Assembly: GCA_038063975.1 (NCBI GenBank)
Contig: JBBTTY010000010.1
Location: 1 to 40,116, forward strand
Length of the DNA: 40,116 nt
Direction of reading: 5' to 3'
Origin: Patescibacteria group bacterium
GTDB taxonomy: Bacteria > Patescibacteriota > Minisyncoccia > Phycocordibacterales > UBA6065
The notes under the pieces were generated by a model. The model ran no database searches. It saw only the letters and a program-made list of their open reading frames with translations, and was not told where the DNA came from. Position 1 is the stretch's first letter. Each line of letters starts with the position of its first letter. Of this stretch, positions 18,722 to 26,459 are shown piece after piece. The translations under genes and the position numbers were made by a program.

Positions 18722-19663
18722 ATGAAAACAAATCTCAAAAACAAGAAGATACTACTTACTGGCGGTGCTGGTTTTTTAGGTAAAGAAGTTTTTAAGAAAC
18801 TCTTGGAAAGAGGAGTAAACAAAAAAGATATTCTGGTGCCTCGTTCAAAAGAATATGATTTAAGAAAAAAAGAAGTTTGTGACGAAATTGTAAAAGGTGT
18901 AGATATTGTAATTCATATTGCGGCTAAAGTTGGCGGTCTTTGGTATCACGTAGGGCGTGAAGCGGATTTCTTTTACGAAAACTCTGTTATAGGTTTACAT
19001 CTTATAGATTCTGCTTACAGAGCTGGGGTTAAAAAATTTGTTGGTTTGGGTTCGGTTTGTGAATATCCTTACAATGCCCCCCTGCCTTTCAAGGAAACCG
19101 ACCTCTGGAACGGATATCCTTCAAAAATAACAGCTCCTTATGGGCTCTCAAAGAGAATGATGCTCGTCGCAAGTCAGGCATACAACGCCCAATACAAATT
19201 CAATGCAATTCATCTCGTGCCTATAAATCTCTACGGTCCGGGAGACAATTTTGACCCTAAATCATCTCACGCTATACCAGCTATTGTGAGGAGAGTATAT
19301 GAAGCAAAGAAAATGAGTAAGAACCATATAAATGTATGGGGTAATGGAACGGCAAGCAGAGAACTTTTTTTTGTGAGAGATGCCGCAGAGGCGATTGTTT
19401 TGGCTACGGAAAATTATGACAAACCAGAGCCCGTAAATTTGGGATCGGGTAGAGAAATTTCAATAAAGAAGTTGGCAGAACTCATATGTAAATTCATGAA
19501 TTTCAAGGGTGAGATCAAATGGGATACGAGCAAAATTGGCGGACAACTCCATCGTAGACTCGATGTGAGCCTCGCCCAAAAAGAGTTCGGTTTCAAGGCA
19601 AAAACAAAATTTGAAGATGGTTTAAAAGAGACAATAGAATGGTTTTTAGAGAATAAAGTATAA
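18722..19663 (+). CDS. fcl: GDP-4-keto-6-deoxymannose epimerase/reductase family: GDP-L-fucose synthase (Fcl/WcaG) or the homologous GDP-L-colitose synthase (ColC)
   Basis: Motifs: ILLTGGAGFLGKEV, YGLSKRM, NLYGPGDNFDPKSSHAIPAIVRR, VWGNGTASRELFFVRDAA, PVNLGSG. The sequence alone cannot separate Fcl from ColC. Confidence 0.85.
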   Translation: MKTNLKNKKILLTGGAGFLGKEVFKKLLERGVNKKDILVPRSKEYDLRKKEVCDEIVKGVDIVIHIAAKVGGLWYHVGREADFFYENSVIGLHLIDSAYRAGVKKFVGLGSVCEYPYNAPLPFKETDLWNGYPSKITAPYGLSKRMMLVASQAYNAQYKFNAIHLVPINLYGPGDNFDPKSSHAIPAIVRRVYEAKKMSKNHINVWGNGTASRELFFVRDAAEAIVLATENYDKPEPVNLGSGREISIKKLAELICKFMNFKGEIKWDTSKIGGQLHRRLDVSLAQKEFGFKAKTKFEDGLKETIEWFLENKV

Positions 19664-19667
19664 ACAC

Positions 19668-20603
19668 ATGAAAGATTCAGGCAAAAATTCAGGTAAAAAA
19701 ACGATACTTTTCGGTCCGAGCGGGTTCCTTGGTCCTGTTATTTTGGAAATGTATCCCGATATCATTTCGGTTGGTCGAACACCGCCTCCCAACTACATAA
19801 AGAATAAACACATACATATAGACGACATAGGCGATTTGAGCGATTTAGATAATCTAGACATAGAAAAGGTTATTTTCATGATAGGAAACTCAAATCACCA
19901 CGAAATAAACACCAAATGCATGATGGGATTTGAATACAATGTTATCCCTATCAAAAAAGCCCTCCATTATTTCCAAAAAAGAAATCTTAAGAAATTTATT
20001 GCCTTCACGACTATTCTTCTCTACGACGTGAATAAGTCCAAGTTGCCCGTATCGGAAGACCAACCAATTAATCCATATATACACGACTATGCATTTAGCA
20101 AATATGTAGCGGAAGAGATTACAAAACTTTATAAAAAAGTACCCGTCATAAATATACGCCTCTCAAATATATACGGTCCGACAAAATTTATTCGTCCTGA
20201 TTTAGTGCCAACCCTGATCCAAAAAGCCTTGTCGCCAAAAGAACCGACTGTCTGGAGCACAAAACCGATTCGTGACTTCATATATGTAAAAGACGCCGCT
20301 CGAGCCATAATCGCTCTTCTCGATACCGATTACATAGGAACTATTAATCTCGGTTCAGGCCAAATGCGTTCAGTGGGGGACATAGTTTCTATAATAGAAA
20401 AAATATCGGGCAAAAAAGTAAAAGTACTCGATATTCCTGTAACTGGTCCTATGAAATTTGTCTACGATATTTCTCTTGTCAAAAAACTAACGGGCTGGAA
20501 ACCAGAATACACCCTTGAGCAGGGTTTGGAAGAAACCTATGATATAATGAAAACCTACGCCAACGAATGTAAATGGTGGGAGAAGCAGGAATTTAAGTGG
20601 TAA
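19668..20603 (+). CDS. Extended SDR, NAD-dependent epimerase/dehydratase family
   Basis: Motifs: ILFGPSGFLGPVI (GxxGxxG), YxxxK (YAFSKYVAEE), RLSNIYGP, INLGSG. Confidence 0.7.
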   Translation: MKDSGKNSGKKTILFGPSGFLGPVILEMYPDIISVGRTPPPNYIKNKHIHIDDIGDLSDLDNLDIEKVIFMIGNSNHHEINTKCMMGFEYNVIPIKKALHYFQKRNLKKFIAFTTILLYDVNKSKLPVSEDQPINPYIHDYAFSKYVAEEITKLYKKVPVINIRLSNIYGPTKFIRPDLVPTLIQKALSPKEPTVWSTKPIRDFIYVKDAARAIIALLDTDYIGTINLGSGQMRSVGDIVSIIEKISGKKVKVLDIPVTGPMKFVYDISLVKKLTGWKPEYTLEQGLEETYDIMKTYANECKWWEKQEFKW

Positions 20604-20611
20604 TAAATAGA

Positions 20612-21568
20612 CTAGACAAGATCCTTTAAATATTTTTCAAAGAAAGCCTTTGTTGTGTATTCACGCATGGTTTTTTGATAAGCATTTTCGATGAGTTTCT
20701 GATATTTGCCAGTGTGCCAGTCAGCGAGGATTTCACGGAGCTTTTCTTCGAGCCTACCCTCGTCATAATAGACAAAATCTACATCAGGCGTGTACCACTT
20801 CTCAATAACGTTCCAAGGATCTCTACGGCAGAGCATAAGCGTCTGAGAAGCGGCTGTTTCGACAGCACGGGTTTTGAATTGTGGAATTATATATTCCTTT
20901 GTTGACACAAAGCTCCAGAGCCAGTTATACCAAGTCCTTTTTGGTAGGGCAGAGAAGGCCTCATTTTCCTCTATATTTGGAGTACTCCAAGCTGCTCGTA
21001 ACCACTTACCGTTGGCTACAAGTAATCCATACACTACTGCAATTTTCGTTTCGGAGAGGAGTTTCATTTTTTCTTTGTATGTTACATCTCGATCTGTCAC
21101 ATATTTATTTTTCGATCGAGCGACAAAACGGTAATTGAATTTGCGAAGTGTACGCAATATTCCACTTATTTCTTTTGAAAATATGCCACCCACATATATT
21201 ACGTCATATTTCTTTTCGGCCTTTGGTGGCACTTTTTCTTCATTGATAGGTCTAAAAACCACCTCCCAACGATTCGTTCCATGTATTTTATTTAGCCATT
21301 TAGCTGTATACGGGCAAATAGTGAGAATCTTATAGAAATAAGTATCATAATTATCTCCGCGAAAATAGGGGTCTGGAGAGAGAAACCGATTTGGTTCTTC
21401 AGCCTGTAAATAAACAATTTTCTTATCTTTTATTTTTTCAAGATGACCAAATGCGACCCTAGCTTCTAATAAATAAAAATCACCAGCTTGATTTTCAAAG
21501 CGATTAAAGTCATATTGTTGCATTGGATCTTCTTTTGAAACCTTTGCTCCAGGATTGAATATTTGCAT
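20612..21568 (-). CDS. Putative glycosyltransferase with a CgeB-like (Glyco_trans_1_2) C-terminal domain
   Basis: The C-terminal part PQFKTRAVETAASQTLMLCRRDPWNVIEKWYTPDVDFVYYDEGRLEEKLREIL...IENAYQKTMREYT resembles the CgeB/DUF3880-type GT-B C-domain (recalled from memory). It is the last gene of the minus-strand export block, and its ATG abuts the wzt stop. Confidence 0.45.
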   Translation of the reverse strand: MQIFNPGAKVSKEDPMQQYDFNRFENQAGDFYLLEARVAFGHLEKIKDKKIVYLQAEEPNRFLSPDPYFRGDNYDTYFYKILTICPYTAKWLNKIHGTNRWEVVFRPINEEKVPPKAEKKYDVIYVGGIFSKEISGILRTLRKFNYRFVARSKNKYVTDRDVTYKEKMKLLSETKIAVVYGLLVANGKWLRAAWSTPNIEENEAFSALPKRTWYNWLWSFVSTKEYIIPQFKTRAVETAASQTLMLCRRDPWNVIEKWYTPDVDFVYYDEGRLEEKLREILADWHTGKYQKLIENAYQKTMREYTTKAFFEKYLKDLV

Positions 21569-22870
21569 TTAATTAGTCGAATTATAACCTCTCCATGGTA
21601 ATACGGGGGCAATTATACCAGACCTCTTGCCTGTCCAATAAGGTGAATCAGAAATCCCTCCTTTTATTGAAATATTTATAGTTGGATTATGTCCACCTGG
21701 AGCGAAAAGCCATGATCTATTCTGTAAACCGCCGATTAATTCTATTCGATAAATGCCTTCGTTGAGGAGTCTTTGGGGAATTTCTGTTTTGAGAGTAAAA
21801 AATCCTCGTTCTATTTTTGGCCAACTATTCTCGTCCGTATCTGTTTGGAAAGACCAGTAGAGGAGCATACCATCTTCTGTATAAATTGCGTAGCCTATAG
21901 TGAGGGCAGGATCACAATTTTTCATGTCTCCTTTTATAACCAATTCAGCTACCTGGTCGTTTCTAATGGAAGTATCATACGGTTTTCCATTTTTATCAGT
22001 TAGATATATATGGAGTGGTTTCCACCATTCATTTTCAAAACGGCCGTTATTTGGGTTTGACCAACTATAATCTTTGATTGTGCTCTCTGTGCCACACAAA
22101 TAATCCTTTATGACATCTCTCACGTCTGTTGAATCTCTTTTTATCTGGCCTTTTTCTATAAGAATACAGCGATTACATATTTTTTCTATAGCCGTCATGT
22201 TGTGACTGACAAAAAGAATTGTTCGACCACGTTTCTTTGTTACTTCTTCCATTTTACCGAGACATTTCTTTTGAAATTCTGCATCACCAACGGCCAAAAC
22301 TTCATCGACGAGTAGAATGTCCGGTTCCATATGTGCGGCCACGGAGAAAGCTAAACGTACATACATGCCACTAGAATAAAATTTGACTGGTGTATCGAGA
22401 AATTTCTCTGTTTCTGCGAATTCGACTATGGAGTCGAAGTTTTTGGCAATTTCACTTTTTTTCATGCCGAGGATGGCACCATTAAGAAATATATTTTCTC
22501 GACCGGTCAGTTCAGGGTGAAAGCCGGTACCAACTTCGAGAAGCGAAGCAACTTTGCCGTGCATGACTATTTCTCCTGTGGTAGGCGGGGTAATTCCTGT
22601 GAGAATTTTAAGTATGGTAGATTTCCCTGCGCCATTTTTACCAATGACACCGATGATTTCACCAGCTTTCACTTCGAAGCTTACACCCCTTAGAGCCCAA
22701 AACTCTTCTTTTGTACCAATTCCTGTTATATTTTTTACTTTTTTCTTTAAGAAACATAAAGGACTTTTGATTATCGTCATAATTACATCACGTAATGCAA
22801 CATAACCACCTTGAAAATGGCGAATACTGTATTTTTTACCGACGTTTTTTACTTTAATTATGGGTCCCAT
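21569..22870 (-). CDS. wzt: Polysaccharide ABC exporter ATP-binding protein (Wzt/TagH type) with a C-terminal extension of about 175 aa
   Basis: Walker A is GKNGAGKST, the signature is YSSGMYVRLAF and Walker B is ILLVDEVLAVGD. Residues after about 265 form a non-ABC, beta-rich domain like Wzt_C. I prefer the ATG at 22870 (MGPIIKVKNVGKKY) over the TTG at 22897 used by the ORF track. Confidence 0.9.
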   Translation of the reverse strand: MGPIIKVKNVGKKYSIRHFQGGYVALRDVIMTIIKSPLCFLKKKVKNITGIGTKEEFWALRGVSFEVKAGEIIGVIGKNGAGKSTILKILTGITPPTTGEIVMHGKVASLLEVGTGFHPELTGRENIFLNGAILGMKKSEIAKNFDSIVEFAETEKFLDTPVKFYSSGMYVRLAFSVAAHMEPDILLVDEVLAVGDAEFQKKCLGKMEEVTKKRGRTILFVSHNMTAIEKICNRCILIEKGQIKRDSTDVRDVIKDYLCGTESTIKDYSWSNPNNGRFENEWWKPLHIYLTDKNGKPYDTSIRNDQVAELVIKGDMKNCDPALTIGYAIYTEDGMLLYWSFQTDTDENSWPKIERGFFTLKTEIPQRLLNEGIYRIELIGGLQNRSWLFAPGGHNPTINISIKGGISDSPYWTGKRSGIIAPVLPWRGYNSTN

Positions 22871-22880
22871 GTGTTTTGAT

Positions 22881-23699
22881 TTATAGAATGTCGGCAAAAT
22901 ACCTTTCGACTTTTTTGAAATAAACTACTCCGATAATCAGTATCATAAAACATGCGGCAAAAGAAATACCAAGAAGTAACCAATTGGTAGGAGTGGTGCC
23001 GAGTAGGGCGGCGCGCGCCGTCTGAATGACGCCGGTCATCGGATTGAGAGCTAGGGCCCAGGAATATTTGCCCGCGATCGAGGCCGGATATATAACCGGA
23101 GTAAGAAATAGAAGTATTTGAATAAAAAAAGGCAAAGCGTAGCGAACGTCGCGATATTTGACATTCACAGAAGCGAGGCAAAGTCCTCCACCGACAGCAA
23201 CCATGAATGTAATTAAAAGAAGGAGCGGTAGAATAAGAAGCCCTATGATATGAGGCATATATCCGTAATAAAACATCATACCGACAAGAATGAGGGAAGC
23301 TATAGTGAAATCGACAAATTTTGTGAGTACCGAAGAGAGAGGTAAAATAAGTCGTGGAAAATAAACTTTGGTTATAATTGCTTGATTCGAAATAAGTATA
23401 TTTGAAGTTTCAGATAATGCGCTTGAAAAAAACTGCCAAAATAAAAGTCCAACATAGACAAAGATAGGGTAAGGTACACCATCTGAAGGCATTTGGGCTA
23501 GTTTCCCAAAAAATACAGTAAAGACAATCATAGTGATAAATGGCTGGAGGATGGCCCAGAGGACACCTATGAATGTTTGCTTATATCGGACTTTGAGATC
23601 ACGCCACGTAAAAAAATATAGAAGCTCACGATAGTTCCAAATCTCTCGAAAATCTCCTAAACTCCACGTCTTTTTCGGTTTTATGATTGTCGTTGTCAT
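22881..23699 (-). CDS. wzm: Polysaccharide ABC exporter permease (ABC-2 type, Wzm/TagG)
   Basis: LLYFFTWRDLKVRYKQTFIGVLWAILQPF is followed by six hydrophobic segments. Its ATG lies directly after the stop of the upstream gene. Confidence 0.9.
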   Translation of the reverse strand: MTTTIIKPKKTWSLGDFREIWNYRELLYFFTWRDLKVRYKQTFIGVLWAILQPFITMIVFTVFFGKLAQMPSDGVPYPIFVYVGLLFWQFFSSALSETSNILISNQAIITKVYFPRLILPLSSVLTKFVDFTIASLILVGMMFYYGYMPHIIGLLILPLLLLITFMVAVGGGLCLASVNVKYRDVRYALPFFIQILLFLTPVIYPASIAGKYSWALALNPMTGVIQTARAALLGTTPTNWLLLGISFAACFMILIIGVVYFKKVERYFADIL

Positions 23700-24917
23700 T
23701 TATTTTTTTGATCCGGCAGGTTTTATACAATCAATTATGATATTGATTTCTTTGTTTGTGTAATCCGGATTGTTACCACAATAGAAGCCGCAATGATGGA
23801 TTATATCGGTTTCTGGCAACTCATGTTGTTTTACTGAATATTTTTTAAAAAAAGGTTGACGCATTATGTTGCCCGCTATGATAGGACGAATTTCAACTCC
23901 GGCTCGTTCAAATTTCTCCGCATAGTGATTTCGGAGTTCTGGGGTTTTAGTTATGAACGGGAAAGCAAAAGACGATACACGTTTTATATGTCCGTGTTCC
24001 AGAGGAATAAAATGCGGATTTTCTCTCACTATTTTTTGTATTTTATGGAATCTCTTTTCACGTATTATAATCGATTTATCCAAATGAGGTAATTGATAGT
24101 GTCCCAAAAAACCGGTAATTTCGGTTGGACGAAGATTATATCCGAGATCGTAAAAAGTATAGCGGGCGTGAAAATCGGAAGCGACACTGTGTTTGGTGCG
24201 CCAATGGTTTTGACGTTCTGGGTGGAGATTCCTGTCCCAGCCGTTTGCTCTAACGATTTTGAGCATTTCCATGAGTTCATGATCATCAGTAGCCACCATT
24301 CCTCCTTCTATGGTTGATAAATGATGCGCCACAAAAAAAGAAAATGTGGAAGCCAAACCGAAATTGCCGGCTTTACCGGTGGGTAATTCGGTGCCAAGCG
24401 ATTCGCAATTGTCTTCTATGAGAATTATTTTTTTCTTTTGGCAGAGTTTTTTCAGTCGTTCCAAGTCTGTTGTCAATCCTAGGACATTGGTCACAAAAAA
24501 AGCTTTGCAGTTATGTTTTTCCAGATATTTGACAGCGCAATCAGCGTCTACATTGAGCGTCTCTCTGCGACAATCGATAGGAATAGCCTCAAAACCTAAT
24601 TGCAGAATTGGCATGACATTGGTTGACCATGTGAGAGCGGAAAAGCCGATAGCGTCGCCTCGTTTTAACCGACCGAGATTTTGCAGTGCTTGAATGAGAG
24701 CGAGATTAGCACTGCTACCACTATTGAAAAGCATGCAGTATTTTCTATTTTGAAGTATGGCGAAGGCTTCCTCAAATTTTTGGCACCACACCCCCATACT
24801 GAATTTGTCTGTTTTTTCTATGAATTTTACCAGAGCCTTCTTTGTGGCTTTTTCATTGAAAAAAGTACTTTTTTCCCCAACCAGAGCCACTTTGTATTTT
24901 TTATCTTCTGGTTTCAT
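23700..24917 (-). CDS. DegT/DnrJ/EryC1-fold PLP/PMP enzyme of the sugar 3-dehydratase type (ColD-like GDP-4-keto-6-deoxymannose 3-dehydratase)
   Basis: Motifs: NSGSSANLAL, FSALTWSTNVMPILQLG, IEDNCESLG, FSFFVAHHLSTIEGGMVATDD, RANGWDRNL. The position normally held by the Schiff-base Lys is His-His (codons CATCAT at 24326-24321). The ATG at 24917 lies 1 nt after the gmd stop; the ORF track start at 24974 would overlap gmd. Confidence 0.8.
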   Translation of the reverse strand: MKPEDKKYKVALVGEKSTFFNEKATKKALVKFIEKTDKFSMGVWCQKFEEAFAILQNRKYCMLFNSGSSANLALIQALQNLGRLKRGDAIGFSALTWSTNVMPILQLGFEAIPIDCRRETLNVDADCAVKYLEKHNCKAFFVTNVLGLTTDLERLKKLCQKKKIILIEDNCESLGTELPTGKAGNFGLASTFSFFVAHHLSTIEGGMVATDDHELMEMLKIVRANGWDRNLHPERQNHWRTKHSVASDFHARYTFYDLGYNLRPTEITGFLGHYQLPHLDKSIIIREKRFHKIQKIVRENPHFIPLEHGHIKRVSSFAFPFITKTPELRNHYAEKFERAGVEIRPIIAGNIMRQPFFKKYSVKQHELPETDIIHHCGFYCGNNPDYTNKEINIIIDCIKPAGSKK

Positions 24918-24918
24918 A

Positions 24919-26016
24919 TTATTTGTGCGACAAATCCTGCTTACTCTGTGTTTCTTCTTCAAGATCATATTCACACATCATTTTCACGAGCTCTTTGAAA
25001 CTGACAGTAGATTTCCAACCGAGTTTCTTTTTTGCTTTTGACGCATCGCCTATGAGTAAATCAACTTCAGTGGGCCTAAAATATCTCGGATCAATTTCTA
25101 TAATTGTCTTACCGGTTTTTTTGTCTATCGCTTTTTCTTTCAAGCCTTTTCCTTTCCATATCAAATCTACACCGAGGCATTTTGCCGATTCCTCCACGAA
25201 TTCGCGAACTGTATGAGTTTCGCCTGTGGCCATGACATAATCGTCGGGTTTTTTTTGCTGAAGAGAGAGCCACATGCCATAGACATAATCTTTTGCATGA
25301 CCCCAGTCACGTTTGGCTTCGAGGTTTCCGAGATACATTTTCTGATCAATGCCGAGCTTTATGCGGGCGAGACCTCTGGTAATCTTTTTTGTCACGAAAG
25401 TTTTGCCCCTACGAGGAGATTCGTGATTAAAGAGAATACCGTTTACAGCGTGTATACCATAGGCCTCTCTGTAATTTTTTGTTATCCAATAGGCGTAGAC
25501 CTTTGCGATGGCGTAGGGTGAGCGGGGATAAAATGGAGTATTTTCGTTTTGAGGAATTTCCGATACTTTGCCGAACATTTCCGATGAGGATGCCTGATAA
25601 AATTTTATTTTTGGATTATTTTCCCTGATGGCTTCGAGGACACGCAGGGTGCCGAGGGCGTCCACATTGGATGTGTATTCCGGCATATCAAATGAGTAAC
25701 GCACATGACTCTGGGCGCCGAGGTTATATATCTCATCAGGTTGAATTTTTTCTATGAGGCGAGAAATGTTTGTGAGGTCCAAGAGGTCGCCATAATGGAG
25801 AATGAGCTTCTTGTGCTTTTCATGTGGATCAACAAATATATGGTCTATTCTGGTTGTATTGAAAGAACTGGCGCGTCTGATGAGCCCGTGCACTTCATAG
25901 CCTTTTTCTATGAGCAGTTCTGCGAGGTATGATCCGTCTTGGCCTGTGATGCCTGTTATAAAAGCGCGTTTCGGAGGTCTCTGCGCAGTTTTTTTTGTTT
26001 TTTTGTTTTTTACCAT
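24919..26016 (-). CDS. gmd: GDP-mannose 4,6-dehydratase
   Basis: Motifs: [95 protein letters not shown]. Confidence 0.95.
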   Translation of the reverse strand: MVKNKKTKKTAQRPPKRAFITGITGQDGSYLAELLIEKGYEVHGLIRRASSFNTTRIDHIFVDPHEKHKKLILHYGDLLDLTNISRLIEKIQPDEIYNLGAQSHVRYSFDMPEYTSNVDALGTLRVLEAIRENNPKIKFYQASSSEMFGKVSEIPQNENTPFYPRSPYAIAKVYAYWITKNYREAYGIHAVNGILFNHESPRRGKTFVTKKITRGLARIKLGIDQKMYLGNLEAKRDWGHAKDYVYGMWLSLQQKKPDDYVMATGETHTVREFVEESAKCLGVDLIWKGKGLKEKAIDKKTGKTIIEIDPRYFRPTEVDLLIGDASKAKKKLGWKSTVSFKELVKMMCEYDLEEETQSKQDLSHK

Positions 26017-26258
26017 TTGTTGATTTTGTTTACGACCTGCTTTTTAACTTTCATGTAGGCTTTTTCAGCTTCTCTTTTGAACTGTGGAGAGACGAGACGT
26101 AAAATTTCTTTGCCGAAGATGCGGTACTGTCCGCCGACTTTGTTTGCGCGGATGAGGCCTCGTTTGAGCATTCTCTTTATGGTACTCTCGCTCACACGCA
26201 GGACAATGCGTGTTTCTTCTGTTGTATATAAGGCATTAGGTTTTATTTCTTCTGTCAT
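26010..26258 (-). CDS. Small excisionase/MerR-type helix-turn-helix DNA-binding protein (HTH_17-like)
   Basis: [47 protein letters not shown] matches the excisionase-family HTH pattern. Its stop overlaps the gmd start by 7 nt, so it is the first gene of the minus-strand block. Confidence 0.75.
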   Translation of the reverse strand: MTEEIKPNALYTTEETRIVLRVSESTIKRMLKRGLIRANKVGGQYRIFGKEILRLVSPQFKREAEKAYMKVKKQVVNKINKW

Positions 26259-26276
26259 AAGAACATTTTACTATAA

Positions 26277-26304
26277 GTGTCAAAAGGTGTCAAAAGGTTT
26301 CAAG
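26277..26304. promoter_or_regulatory. Tandem decamer direct repeats (GTGTCAAAAG x2 plus GTTTCAAG) just upstream of the HTH gene; candidate operator
   Basis: Two perfect 10-nt units lie at 26277-26286 and 26287-26296, with a degenerate third at 26297-26304. They begin 19 nt from the HTH start codon at 26258. Confidence 0.4.
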
Positions 26305-26459
26305 TTTGCTTTTGTTTGTAATTTTAGTTAGAATAATTTTTGGATTAAACCACATGAAGTATCAAAATCTTTATGGGTTTTGATAGCTAAATTTCTTAGC
26401 ATCATATTGAACATTAAACATTAAACAGGCCCAAGGCCTATTTGAAAGGACATTAACTT

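Noticed and set aside
26354-26383. A tiny ORF (MKYQNLYGF) upstream of the B12-radical SAM gene could be a RiPP precursor or a leader peptide.
   Set aside because: Nine codons is too short for a leader-core precursor. There is no evident ribosome-binding context, and no other RiPP genes (protease, transporter, RRE) are adjacent.
26430-26445. A short GC palindrome (AGGCC-caa-GGCCT) just upstream of the radical SAM start could be a terminator or a binding site.
   Set aside because: The stem is only 5 bp with a 3-nt loop, and no T-tract follows. This is too weak to call.
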